64,000 bases of DNA from Lingula anatina. Its lineage: Eukaryota; Animalia; Brachiopoda. Positions 1 through 12,900 of this stretch are shown piece after piece. Below the pieces are notes generated by a model. That model had not been told where the DNA came from and did no database searches. It worked only from the letters and a program-made list of their open reading frames with translations. The stretch lies in assembly GCA_051362555.1 (NCBI GenBank), contig CM120649.1, positions 10,106,001 to 10,170,000 of the forward strand. The letters run 5' to 3'. Within the stretch, counting starts at the first letter, position 1; the number at the start of each line of letters is the position of its first letter. A program made the translations under genes and the position numbers.

Positions 1-1128
1 AATTTCGGACTGAATATAAATTTGAAAAAAACAAAAATCATGGTCTTTAGACACTCTGGACCATTACGAAAATATGAAAAATGGTACTTTGGTGGACAAC
101 CGCTTGAAGTTGTAACCCACTACAAATATCTGGGTCTAACTATAACACCAAGGCTCGTTTGGACAAAAGCCACCACTAGTTTAAGTCTGAAAGCAAGAAA
201 GGCAATGATTATGATTGATAAACTTGAATATAACACTGGGAGGGTTAGGTCTGATATTGCATTTATGATATTTGATAAAATGATTGCGCCAATTTTATTT
301 TACGGTGCAGAAGTTTGGGGATACCAAGTGTATGACAATATAGAAAAAGTACAACTTGCTTACTGTAAAAGGATTCTTGGCGTGGGATCAACAACTTCAA
401 CAATAGCGGTCTTGGGAGACTGTGGTAGGTTCCCATTGTTTATAACTTACTTCAGTCGGTGTGTCAAATTCTGGCTTAAATTACTGAGAATGGAAGAAAG
501 CAGATATCCAAGAGCGTGCTACAAGATTATGTTGGTATTAGATCAGGCTGGTCGCATTACATGGGCGACAAAAATTAAAGAAATACTTTTTAGATATGGT
601 TTTGGGTTTGTATGGTACAATCAGGGTGTTGAGAATGAGATATATTTTTTAGAAATTTTTAAGACAAGAATGAAAGATTGCTACATTCAAGAATGGAACG
701 ACCAGTTACAGAACTCGTCTAAATTAAATTTGTATTGTACATTTAAATCTGTATTTCAAAAAGAAAATTATTTATTGTTGAATCTCCCGAAAGCGCACTT
801 AGCTGCTTTCGCCAGGCTCAGGTGTGGAAACCATAATCTTATGATTGAAAAAGGTAGACATGACAACATACCCTTGAACGAGAGGGTATGCACACTATGT
901 AAGGATGAAATAGAAAACGAATATCACTTTCTGTTAACATGTGAGATGTACAGGGACTTAAGAACAAAATATATACCAAACAGGTACACCTGTCAACCAA
1001 ATATCCAAAGGTTTAGACAGCTTATGTCTTCCAATGACAGAGATTTGATGATTAACCTGATTAATTATGTTTATTGTGCCTTTAGAAAAAGAGAATCTTT
1101 TTTTGCAACGGATAGCACACGTACATGA
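1..1128 (+). CDS. C-terminal part of non-LTR retrotransposon ORF2 (RT thumb + CCHC zinc finger), RTEX-like; 5' part lies outside the window
   Basis: Frame open from base 1 (NFGLNINLKKTKIMVF). It has YKYLG, PILFYGAEVWG and IEKVQLAYCKRILGV, then LRCGNHNLMIEKGRH...ERVCTLC...ENEYHFLLTC, the typical RTEX-type C-terminus. AATAAA at ~1204 follows the stop. Confidence 0.85.
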   Translation, partial: NFGLNINLKKTKIMVFRHSGPLRKYEKWYFGGQPLEVVTHYKYLGLTITPRLVWTKATTSLSLKARKAMIMIDKLEYNTGRVRSDIAFMIFDKMIAPILFYGAEVWGYQVYDNIEKVQLAYCKRILGVGSTTSTIAVLGDCGRFPLFITYFSRCVKFWLKLLRMEESRYPRACYKIMLVLDQAGRITWATKIKEILFRYGFGFVWYNQGVENEIYFLEIFKTRMKDCYIQEWNDQLQNSSKLNLYCTFKSVFQKENYLLLNLPKAHLAAFARLRCGNHNLMIEKGRHDNIPLNERVCTLCKDEIENEYHFLLTCEMYRDLRTKYIPNRYTCQPNIQRFRQLMSSNDRDLMINLINYVYCAFRKRESFFATDSTRT

Positions 1129-1218
1129 GCTCTCCGCATGCGCAATAGTTACGTTATATGAACCATTTACATTTGTAATCTGGGCAAATGCCTTTAATAC
1201 GGAAATAAATTAATATAT

Positions 1219-1478
1219 TGTTGATGTCACAATGCTCAATGTATTCCCATAATGCAACTGCAATTGTCGATGTCACAATGCTCAATGTATTCCCATAATG
1301 CAACTGCAATTATTGCTATTGTTGATGTCACAATAATCAATGTATTCCCATAATGCAACTGCAATTATTGCTATTGTTGATGTCACAATACTCAATGTAT
1401 TCCCATAATGCAACTGCAATTGTTGATGTCACAATGCTCAATGTATTCCCATAATGCAACCGCAATTGTTTATGTCAC
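1219..1478. repeat. 46/55-bp minisatellite (TGTTGATGTCACAATGCTCAATGTATTCCCATAATGCAACTGCAAT), ~5 units; resumes at ~1881-1978, with a decayed unit at ~2150-2225
   Basis: Directly visible tandem units at 1219, 1265, 1320, 1375 and 1421; the 55-bp variants carry an extra TATTGCTAT. Confidence 0.9.
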
Positions 1479-2585
1479 AGTGGTACACTCGGAACTACTC
1501 GGATGTCTCCGCACTCGACAATAACCTCGGACGTGATACGAAGGCATCCATATTGATTGTTGGGAAAGAACTACTTTCAACCTTTTACCATAGCCCGTTG
1601 GTAAAACAGCTAAAGTATCATGTACATAGTACAAATATTTCAACGTCTGTATCTGTTTATCCTTTCAATCAAAGTCAATCCTAGTGCATTGTTTGGCAAA
1701 CCGAAAAGCATCATAAAAATCAGGGGTATTGACAGCCATCTTTATGAGCGGAATAAACGATTGAGTGAGAAGGCATTTCTGGTGAACAAAATGCTTGGAT
1801 TTGGTGCATATTTCTCCGCCTATCACATCCAAGGTTAGTATGGAGCTTGCGGAATGAGCCGAGGATTGCCGATTGACAGAGCTAAATGTATTCTCATAAT
1901 GCAACCACAATTGTTGATGTTACAATGCTCAATGTATTCCCATAATGCAACTGTAGTTATTGATGTTACTATGCTCAGTGTCCCTCGGCTGGTTGAATTG
2001 AACCGAGATTTAATTTCTGTGCCCCTGCCGGGTTGACGCGTATGAGAGTTGGAGAGACCATTACAGGATTAAGCGGTCTTCCTTTCATGTAGGTCCAACA
2101 TATTTAGGTCATGGCCTAGCTAGCACTCAGCTCTTCTCATTCTGAATGGTCCCTATGTATAATGCAACAGTTGAAATCACAATTTTCTATGTCTTCCCAT
2201 TATAAAACAGCAATTATTGTTATTTAAATGCTCATTCCTTTAACACAACAAGAGAAAAACCAATGTGTGGCAAAGTTCTATCTCGTGTTATATGGTGGTA
2301 AAGAGACCAAAATGATTTTCTTCCCTTATAACTTTGACCCATTGTATAGGTTGTATAGAAGTTTTCTGCAGAGAGATGGATTGTGCAGCCAGACTTTAAA
2401 AAACACATCTGATATAAGAGTACAGCAGTCCATAAAATACCAGCAAGCAAGGGCAAGATTAAGACCATTTTTTTGGAGGTATAAAAAAATTAATAAAACA
2501 ATTAGGTGAAGGTTCATATTGTGTAAAACTGCTCTGTAGTTAAAAACTCTAGAAAAAGGCTACAAAACGCAGCTGATGTCACAAA

Positions 2586-2813
2586 GAGGGCATTTCCAGA
2601 TATTTAGATCGATCTTACTAGATCGACCTAACTCCCTGGGGGTTCACGCTAAACTGCAGTCAGCCGACCGCGCACAGAAGTTAATTGCCCTCTTACAGCT
2701 TGTAGTAGGCGGGAAGGACATTTAAGCTGGATTATCTGACAGTAATCTAGTGAGACTCCCAAGTGTATACATCGACAGGGATAGATCGATCTAAAATCTA
2801 CGGGAATGCGCCC
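2586..2813 (+). mobile_element. PIF/Harbinger-type MITE, copy 1
   Basis: Imperfect TIRs GAGGGCATTTCCAGATATTTAGATCGATCT / AGATCGATCTAAAATCTACGGGAATGCGCCC. Internal sequence is homologous to copies at 22657 and 45906, which have TTA TSDs; the TSD here is decayed (AAA/CAA). Confidence 0.75.
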
Positions 2814-2949
2814 CAAGCTAGACATTGAACTGACACTCAGTCTAAAGAAATACCAATCAATTAAACAAGCATGGTTCTTTAATGGCATTATAATTGCCAA
2901 AACAGTGATACCAGTGGATATCAGTACATGTATTTATGAAGAATAATTG

Positions 2950-3027
2950 AAAAAAAAAAAACACACACACACACACACACACATTCTCTCCCATTCTGTC
3001 TGTCTCTTTCTTTCTCTTTTGCCCTTT

Positions 3028-3075
<48 letters not shown>

Positions 3076-3092
3076 GACACACACATACACAC
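2950..3092. repeat. Compound microsatellite (A)n(AC)n...(CT)n(CA)n
   Basis: Directly visible. Confidence 0.95.
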
Positions 3093-3266
3093 TCCCTAAA
3101 AATCCTTGTACATTTTTGTATGAGCTGACAAACAGCTTTATTTTATTTATTAACTAATTATTATGAAATGGATCACAACCAAAATCCAGTTTTTTGTTTC
3201 TTGGCCTCTTCAGTTTCTACAAATGTTATCAAACTCTATTTATAACTTTTTGCATTATGTTTCTAG

Positions 3267-3322
3267 GATTCTAGGACAACTTCCCCCAGGACAATTCTCC
3301 CCCAGACGATTCCCCCCAAGGA
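3267..3322 (+). repeat. Short GGACAA(C/T)TxCCCC triplication, possible terminal fragment of a non-autonomous DNA transposon
   Basis: GGACAACTTCCCCCA / GGACAATTCTCCCCCA / GACGATTCCCCCCA; no partner inverted end found. Confidence 0.35.
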
Positions 3323-4014
3323 ATATGTATTTATATACAAATATAAAGTAAAAAGTTTAAAAAGTAAAGTTTAAAACATTTTATCCATTTTAGTGTGATA
3401 ATACAACTTGATCATAAAACAAATTATTTTATAACAAATTCCTTTTGCATTAAATACAACTTCAAGTACAGAAAGTTTTATTAAATATCCAATCAAAGTG
3501 TAACCACCTATCCTCCAGGTAAAGGTGGGGTACACAGAGGAACAGGTAAACAGATGCTTTATGAATATTTGTAGTGTTTGGGGTAGTGGGTAGGTGGGTA
3601 GTGGTCAAGTAATTAAAAGTGATAATAATAAAAACAGACAAACTCAGTAAAAAAACACAACCTGATTCGTGGAGGTAATAAATTATGATTTAAAATCTGT
3701 CACTGGGCAAAAATTAGTTCTTAATCTTAATTACTAAATATGTCAATTGCATGTCAAGTAATAAACTTGCAGATAATCATTATTCATATTTTGCTCCATT
3801 TGTCTGTCCTCCACTATAGATTGTAAAATGTGAATTGTTGCAATTCACACATGGTGCATTTCTACAATCCCTCTTCTCTCCCAGTTCAAAGAGTGTCTTT
3901 TTAATATTTCAAGTTGTTATCAAGTGAATACAACAGTCCACCTAACACTGGCAACATTCTGTATCAGTTAACCATAAGGAATGCTGAGCTGTAGTCAACA
4001 AATGAAAAATTCTA

Positions 4015-4072
4015 TCATCATCATCATTATCATCATCATCATAATGATAATTATAATAATTATAATAATAAA
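4015..4072. repeat. (ATC)n/(ATA)n microsatellite
   Basis: Directly visible. Confidence 0.9.
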
Positions 4073-6137
4073 TGAATATATACTTGAACGAATCAAATGT
4101 CAAAACGTGGGAAATTTAGTGGTTAAAAAAAGGTTACAACCCATCCCTATGCTCTCACTGGTTTTTATATGCAGAATTAATTACTGATTAAGATATCATA
4201 TACAAACTTAGCACTGCTACAAAAATCTATGAAAATGTAAATATGACACTGACAGTGATCTCTGTATTGTGGTCAACTGATGACCCCCATCACTAATGGT
4301 CAGTTTACCTGAGTGTCCCTAATACTGTCGTCCTGACTTGTTGACCACTGTCCACTACAAGTGACCCACTCATAGTTCTCAAGAACTGGTTGCCGGGTAG
4401 AAATAGTGTGGAAGCACATAGCTTTTCTTCTTCATTTACGCCCTGTAGCACAGACAGTACATATCAGAATCGTCAATAGGAGTGCTAACGCATGAATTTT
4501 CGTGCTATTACGCCCTGAAGCTGAGGAATTAACCCTCTCTTAACTCACCACAGCTCCTATATGTACGTAGTGGTTCTCATGCTGCCACAACGTGCTGGAT
4601 TCTCTGCATTTCCCGGGAGTTGAAGAGTTAACGAGGTCAGCGCCATTTTAGGGAGAGGCAGATGCAATAGAAATGTCTCACGATATCTGCAAAATATGTG
4701 CACTGTGAAATTAAAGAATTGGGATCCGTTTTTTAACTTTCTAAAATATTGTAATGTACTTTTTTTTTCAGTAACTTAATTTATGTCAAATATTTTTTGG
4801 TCACTTGATAACGTTCTCTCACCGTCTTCCCCCTAAAATGTTCCACACTAGAAAAAATCGATAATCGTATGGCAGTATTATACAGGCAATTGACCTACTT
4901 CACCAGCTGGGCGGCAATCATTGCTATTTTACCACTTTTATGACCTGGGAGAGGTTACGTCATATACACTTGGGATATGATGGTTATTTGTGATTGTTTA
5001 ACTAATAAATTGCTCGTACTGATAGAATATTCATAAGTGTATCAGTGAAAAAGGAACATTTATATTTGAAAATTATGAAAAAAAATGTAATGGACCCAAA
5101 ACAAACAAAAAAACTGCATTTTTCTCTTATATGCAAATTAGATTGTCTTTAGTAATAAAGCTGACAGGAAGTGATGCTCAAACCAGAGATTCCAAAGGTG
5201 GCGATATTTTTTAATCTTTATTTTGATATTAGATCATTCGATAATATTTTTATCAGTAAAAATTTAATTGAAGCTACCAAATGGAATTTTTTTCTTGTTA
5301 CGAACCAAAGCTCGACTCGTTCCTGGGATGAATTTAAGGATTCATGTTGATTCATTGTATAGAGCTTGACAAAAATAGAAATATTTTTAATCCCGAAGAA
5401 GGCCCAGGGGCCGAAAGCTCTGATTGTATTTAACAACTATAATGTAGATCCTTCAAGGTGCATTGATATATATACTTCTATTGGGATGAATTTAGTAACA
5501 GCCAGAAGGTCCTGAGAGTACTCCCCCCTCCCTCTATCTACTCCAATGTGTTCTACATGTATGTCCTATCCAGTGAGCAGACAACGTGTACCCTCTACAC
5601 ACTGTTAGATTATTTATATATGTATTCAGTATCCATTTACCTTTTTATGAATTAACGATTCCTAATATCGAGGTGCTTATAAAAAGCAATTGCTATATAT
5701 CGGGGGGAGAGGGGGGAGGGGGGGGGGCGGAATCAGTAGGGGTGGGTTACATTCTTTTTGTCTACTAAAAGGCTAGGGGTGGGCCCCAAAAATTGAGCCA
5801 TGCATTTAGGATGGGCCACATGCTAACTAGGATTTATTTTGGCACCAACTATGTGCAATTTTTGAGAACAACCTGAAAGAGGTCTGTTTCTGGTTCTTTT
5901 TTTTTTACAAGCAGTTTTTAGAACAAATAACAAAAGTTTCTTGTAGTTATCAGAGAACAGTTACAAAAGCGCATCACTGACAAAGCCTGCCACCCAGGAA
6001 TTCATTTAGAAACATATCCATAGCTGCTGTACCATAAAGTATTCTACCCAGGAAACTCCCTTGTGCAAAGAATACGTTTCTTAAGACAGGATTAATACAC
6101 ATCATTTTTTCCAAATAGTTGTCGGTTTAACAGATTT

Positions 6138-6208
6138 TGCATCTGTTGGGAATCAAACACGGACTGCCTGCGTTGCAGGCGAGCATTATTCCATTGAAGC
6201 TCGAGTAC
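6138..6208 (-). pseudogene. Decayed tRNA-Gly(GCC)-derived sequence
   Basis: Plus strand TGCATCTGTTGGGAATCAAACACGGACTGCCTGCGTTGCAGGCGAGCATTATTCCATTGAAGC aligns without gaps to the reverse complement of invertebrate tRNA-Gly-GCC as recalled from memory. The anticodon now reads GCA, the stems are broken, and several changes are CpG transitions. Confidence 0.7.
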
Positions 6209-9200
6209 TGAAATGACCATAATTAAAAACGTATAAACTATTTACATCCATTTTTATTCAAAGACTGACGTAGCAGGTACGAATGTTAACTTGATTGCCA
6301 GAAATAGTTTCACTCAGTACTTTTTATTACTATTCATTCAAACCAATGGTAATAAACTGGTTTTCTGCATGAAAGGAGTTAAATTCAAATACCACATTTT
6401 GACCTCTAGTTCTGAACTCTCGAAATGAGGTATAGTCTGTTTATGATTCTGAAAACACGGTTTTATGGAGTGGGTGGGGGTATGTCTTGGAGACGGCTTT
6501 CTCTCTGTGCTCCAGATCTCGCTTTCTTAAATCGAATAATTCGTGATTTTTATGTATATTATTGAGTCATTGAACATTCATCTTCATCTTTGTTATCTTG
6601 TTATAACCAGTAGAAAAATTACGATATGAAAGGCAAATAGAGCCTTAAACAATATATTGTCGACACAGATTACATAAAATTACATTTATAATAAATTTAT
6701 AAATCTCGAGCAAAGTACCGCGTTTCCGATTGCAGCATTTCTGTTTACCTCCAAATGGCTCAATCTCATGGTTTGTTGGTCAAACAACAAAAACTGCTCA
6801 GATATTTAAATCATTGTACCATATTGCGTCACATCAAGATAGCCAGTGACCTACATAATGTCGTTTCAATTTGGGGTTGATAAGGATCTGAGGTTAATTT
6901 TCGTCTGGCATTTTTTGAAATATGCTAAACACAAATTCGTCCAATGTATTTTTAATGTTGTAAAGTACAAATGAAGTTTCATCCGTAAAATATTGGTGAG
7001 AGTTGAAAAGGAAAGGCGGCCACTTTAGCCTGCCACCTCCCCCTACCATGAATGTAATGGGATGGACAGCCTGGAAGGAGACGTCACTGCCTCAGTGCTC
7101 AATGATCAGGAAGTGGATCGAAGGCGGCTTAGATATTAAGTATAAGAATGTCGTAATTTCAGCCATATCAATATAACGTTTTAAGAAATCAATGTCAGGT
7201 ATTTGGTGATAAGTTAATTGTGATTTATTTTTGAAAAGTATTTTGACGCCCGTTTGCTTAAAAGTGGTTTTGGTCATTTCCCAACATTTTCCCCACGCAC
7301 TATTTATTTCCACCACCACTTCATCTCATTGCATCTCATAAATCAAATGAAGATGCAGTATTTTGAACTTCGTCGGTAGAAATAGTATTGGCAGTGGAAG
7401 TTTACCGTGAGAAATGGCCAAGGAGGGGAAAATGCTGTGAAATGACTTGTGAGGGTCTGGCCATTGACATGTTGATATTTAGTGAGCAGTTGGTGGTGGA
7501 ATTATAGAATATGATACAGCCTTTTAGGTATATATATATATATATGATAACGTCCATTTCTGGAGTAAAGAACATAATTCAAGTAATATACTTCCATTTC
7601 GAATATTGACAAGATTTCATAAATTAAAATTTGATATTTCATTTCATGTGTGAGCTAAATTGAAGTCCTTGAGATTTCTGCGTGACAGATTATAAGATGA
7701 ACCCTTCAAGAAATAAGGGCGAGTTGATGGCCCGCAATGTTGTTTGGGACGGATTTGAAAAGGCTCTGTCTAAAGGCAATTTTTTTTTCACGTGTTTTAT
7801 TTATCAATATAACATCACGAATTTGAGTTCTTATAGGAATTAAATGTGATATATTTAAAACGTGATCATATATCAGAATGCATGGTCATCCCTTAGAAAG
7901 CTTATTTTATTGAATTGAAATATGTTCTATACTATCGTAGTTTCAAGTTGGTCACACGTGACATGTAAAATGATACTATTTGTGGTATTCTTCAGCAAGA
8001 CACCAATGGGTGACTTTCTAGTTTAGATCGAATGCGAATTAAGGAAGCAAAAATATTCCAAATTTTATGTCGGTTTAAAGCCCAATTTTTTTTCTGTAAC
8101 ATTCAGCAATTTCAAATAAATCGCCAAGGAACACTATCGAAACCGCTGATAAATTCTACAATCCCGGTGTCGAATTCTTAATTTCTGTTTTTACCGGCTT
8201 CAATCTCATTCTCCAAATGGACTGAAATCTAGAATGTAACAACAAACGAACATTGTGTGTCTTTCTTTTAATGTTCAGATGAGAAAAAAGGCACATCGTC
8301 CCTTGAAATTTGAACATTTGTTGACTTGTTGAAAAAGAAATGTAATTTTACGAACCAAGATCGATTTTTTTTTTTACTAGTGAAGTATGTAGAATTTACA
8401 AATTTCAATTTTCATTTGCGAAAATTCCCTTCTTGAAAAGCTGATATTGTACATGTAAATGCCATTCATAGGATGGAAAAGCAACTTATTTTGTTTTTTA
8501 GTATTTATCTCTGAATGTAGTTCTTACAATGTAAAATATGGCACTTTTTATCATGAAAATGACTTATATTTTTGCCATTCATCTGTTGAACAAATACAGG
8601 TTCTGGGTAAAGATGATAGGACCATTTATGTGATTGAAAATAATTTTATTTTTCCAAATTTAACTGTTTTCGGCAATTCTCTCTAACCAGCGTTTTTTCT
8701 TCTATTGACCAGATGATGCAGAAATATCGTGATATTTTCTCGTATTTAGAACAATTTATGTTCAGAAGGTTGCAAATTATTTGTTACAAGATTTTTGAAA
8801 TTGAAAATGGATGTAGGAAATATGAGAAATACCGTGATATGTACCTTGGATTTTAATCCAGATTTCATAAGTGAACATGTAGTTTGTTTTCTAAATAGAT
8901 TTTTTTTTTGTTTGTTTTTGTAACGATTTTTTAAATTTTCATATTCATTTTATTATCTAATGTTCATTAGTCTTTACATTTTGTCAATAGCTGTATAAAC
9001 GTTGTATTAACTTTTGGGTACTTTTGACACTTTTTTGCCAAATATAACGAAAGTGCGTGTCCGTTTTTTTCGTTCCCAACGATAAGTGTCGGACTTCAAA
9101 AAAGCGTGCAATTTTAAACAGAGCATTTAACAAATGTCTCATAGTTTTCATTGTTATATAAAGATGAAACAATGGCGGATCCAGGACATTTTAAAGAGGA

Positions 9201-9744
9201 CAAGTGTTGACATTTGGGGCGTGATGAATTCTTTCGAGGACTTGATCATGTGAGTCCAGAATGGGTCTCTCTCCTCGGGGAGGGCGGAGACTAGATCCAC
9301 CATTGTTTTTTTAAAGAAGAAGTTGAAAGATTTTGTTCGTTTCATTAAGATCAAACATAAGACCATTAATGTGGTAGACAGTTTATTTGTCAAGTCGAAT
9401 AGATAAGAATGTTATATTTTTACACTTTTAAGTGAATTTAAATGCAGACATCAATCATATTCTCACAGATATTTGCAGTAATAAAAAGACTTACGACAAT
9501 GATGTTTTATAGATACATGTTTTATTAATAACTGAATACAGTAAAATAAATTTGAATTGTTCTTAATAAAAAACTTACTGAATATACAAAATGTCTTAGT
9601 GTTTTCCTGATGGCTACACGGCTCAGTGGTAGCCTGGGGTTGGGGTCCGATTTCTAGCTTGGGCACTTTGGAATTACAAAGGGGTGCTATCAAAATTTTT
9701 CTTCGGTTACTATAAGAAGAAAGTCTGCCCGGGGAGGGTGGGTG

Positions 9745-9817
9745 GGAACACTTAGAGAAGTAGGTAACGCGCTTGCCTCTGAGACAGAAGGTCCCCAGTT
9801 CGATTCCTGGCGCTTCT
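9745..9817 (+). pseudogene. tRNA-like sequence (degenerate; anticodon position reads CTG) or tRNA-SINE head
   Basis: A-box-like TAGAGAAGTAGGT, variable loop AGGTC, T-arm CCAG-TTCGATTC-CTGG, tRNA-length (~73 nt); acceptor and anticodon stems are imperfect. Confidence 0.55.
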
Positions 9818-9909
9818 AGGTCCTAGCAAATTACCTTTTACAAAAATAAACCCAAATAAACAATTTAGACTACTACAAGAGGATCATACGAATGAGGAAA
9901 AAGTAAGTT

Positions 9910-9982
9910 GGGGCAGTGGCTTAGTGGGTAAGGCGACAGACCAAGAAGAAGACTCAGTTAATAAACAAAGGTTCGCGTCGAG
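9910..9982 (+). pseudogene. Third tRNA-like / Pol III promoter remnant
   Basis: A-box TGGCTTAGTGG followed ~45 nt later by B-box-like GGTTCGCGTC; cloverleaf not intact. Confidence 0.35.
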
Positions 9983-12900
9983 CTGAAGAAAAGAAAGTCA
10001 GGAATGACATTTTGCACATTTTTTAAAATACACATCTTGCAACTTTTATGTACGTTTATTATAACAAATACAAGTAATTCCACTATACAGATGTATGCAA
10101 AACCCATACATTACGTTTTGGCTCTACATAAAAAATAATTTTTATAACGACTTCGCATTTCGAGATGTAAATCAAGCTTAAATACAAATATCTATAACTA
10201 AATGTGTCGGAGGTTCTATGCATTTTGAAAATTGTCGCTCAAGATCGTTTTGGTTTTGAAAAAGTGTTCAAGAACACTACATACGAGACGACATAATACT
10301 GACCAGAACAAGAAATTCTCAGGTTTTTGCTGCGACGAGAAAGTTGAAGATTTGACGTGAAGTATTTTACAGCCATTGTTCAAAGTTGACATTGGTGTAT
10401 TAGTCTTGTGACTGATACAAAATTTCACCGAGGGGCATTTTTATCCAAAGGCAAAGGTGGTATCAAATTGAAAATTTAAAATGCATATGATCTCATGTAA
10501 GCGTTCCTCCCCGCAAGCGGGTACACACTCATGACACCACAACTACTTCTATGTCGCCATGCTGATGATCACACAAAACACCAAACAGCAGTCAAACATT
10601 ATTCAATTATGCAAATTTGATGAGTGCTTTTCTTATAGATAAATAAATGTGTACCTCATATTTTGCGTCATCTTTTCTTTTCTTTAAATCTTAAAATAGG
10701 ATTTTGATGGCACAATTTTGAGTTAACAATTAAATGTATGCGTCGTGCGAATCAAGAACAGCATGAAGACATGGTCAGTTTTCAACCTTATCCTACTCAT
10801 AGTCATTTTTAAGAACAATGTGTAAACAAAATTGAAAAGGTATGCGAAAACCGGTTAAATTAAATCAACTAATCACATTTACTCAGAAAATGCTAATAGA
10901 CTCAAAGATCTCTGGTGCTCAGTGATCAAGAAACATTCAGTAAAAATAACCCAACAGCACTGCAGGACTGGCACCTAATCGGGCCTTTTGTTTTCAATCA
11001 CCCCTTGATCCCGACCGCAAAACAGAATTAAGAAAGTACCAAGTGCAAGATCAACATTAAATAAAACACTGAACTTCTAAGTTTGTGTAAAACTTACTCG
11101 AACCAATCAAAGTGTCATTTTTCTGATAATATTTTGACTTTTCATATTTGATTAGACAAAAAAAAAAAAAAAAAAAAAATTACAAAAGAAAAAGGATTTT
11201 TAGACGATAAGTCAGTAAATTGGCGATTAACGGACCAATTTCGTGTTTTTTAGTGGATTGACAAAAGTTGACAGTCTACAAAAGTTCATTTAATTACTAG
11301 GAAATATCCATTACCCCAAAACAGATCTTTTCGACAACTGTAATTTTTTTATACGAATTTGATAAGGATTTTTTAACATGTCAAGTTGTAAAAGATGCGA
11401 TAAAAGCCAGTCCTACATATACATTTTATTTGAAGCAAAAGGAAACAATTTCTACTATTCACTGTTTCTCTTTGTGAGGATATCCGCCTTGTAATGAAGG
11501 TAAAAAGTTAATTTTCCTTCTTCAATAACAAAAGCTTATTAATTTCCAAAAAAAAAACTAACCCAACCCCTGGTTTGATTTTCTGAAAATACAAAAAATT
11601 CCCCCCTCCCAGTAATAAAACTATAGGTCTATCACTGATCAGACACACTACTAGTATATCAAAACACCCGGAACCAAAGGAAGTTTATTCTTACCATGCG
11701 TCATAACCGCATATTCACAATTTCAAAAAGACCCGTTTCAATACGTGTGGGCAGTTCTGCAATAACTTGAGCACATTTTACAATTTCATAAGTGTTATAT
11801 TTGGCGTTTACAGTTTATTGTAGATTTACATCTCGTTCATTTTTTCCAAAGAACCCAAAATAAAACTCTTGTAGGCATTTTACGTAATGGAACCGCGACT
11901 AATTTTTTTCTTAAGTTAGCTTCATTAAAATCTATATTTGTATCCAATTTAATATGAATAAACATGCATTTTCGATTGCATAACAAAGCGTGTTATTACA
12001 CATTTGCCCACACATATAATTTTACAGTAAAACATTAAATCGGTCGTACTAGCACAGTGCTCTACCTGTACATCACTTAATGATAAATTTGCAATTAATT
12101 TTATTTTCATAGATCACTTAAGCAAGGGATTTTTTTTGTTTTGTTTTAGGATAACTTCAAAAGTGTCGTTTCAGATTCGAAAACTGATGGGTATGTGTGC
12201 GGATAGAGTAATGTATTACAGCTTATTTAGATATGTATAATAATATACCAGCGACGTGCAGGGTTGACGCTTGGATTTAGTCCATTTTATTAGAAGTTTC
12301 ATGAATAAACCACTCGTTACACGCTGCACTTCATTTGATACACGGTTGATGCAGAATATTACAACCCAAACCAAACATTACATTTCAAACCAAATCAAAT
12401 GTCAACCCTGCAAGTTGACTATACAACAAACGCAAGACAACGTTGACATGGGTGCGGGCGCTGGCGAACACGAATCTGATGTCTTTGCTGGGAGTGCGTC
12501 CAATTTCATCGTAAGACTGTTGTTACGAGACACTGAAAGTAAATGAAAAATGAAATAAATTATACGAAATCCACATGCAAGAAACTATAGCTAATAATTT
12601 TTAAAGTGAAATATAATCTTTACACCGATCCATTTCCATATGCATTAAGAGACACAGAAATCATATCATAAGAATAGCTATGTACTAGGTAAATTGAACC
12701 TACACGTTCTATACAATAATAAACGACATTATTACTATTGCATGCCCTGTACATGTACACACTGTTACACGCCAGCATACTAATCTTTAATTTTTTCTAT
12801 CTTTGCTAAGCCAATATATATCCCTCCACGAGGAGTATTTTGATGGAGACTGCATATTTGCCCACATAGATAATTTTACCATAAAAACAGAAAACCGGCC

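Noticed and set aside
1219-1478. CRISPR-like array
   Set aside because: Contiguous tandem units with no unique spacers and no cas genes; eukaryotic minisatellite.
4250-5830. Several possible MITE fragments (GTGGTCAAC/GTTGACCAC pair; TTAACTC...GAGTTAA at ~4540-4630; TTAAAG start at 4711; G-rich tract 5700-5820)
   Set aside because: Termini too degenerate or unpaired to delimit or classify by eye.
9172-9406. Small ORF MADPGHFKEDKC... after a TATA-like box
   Set aside because: Multiple in-frame stops and no recognisable homology; cannot be supported as a gene.
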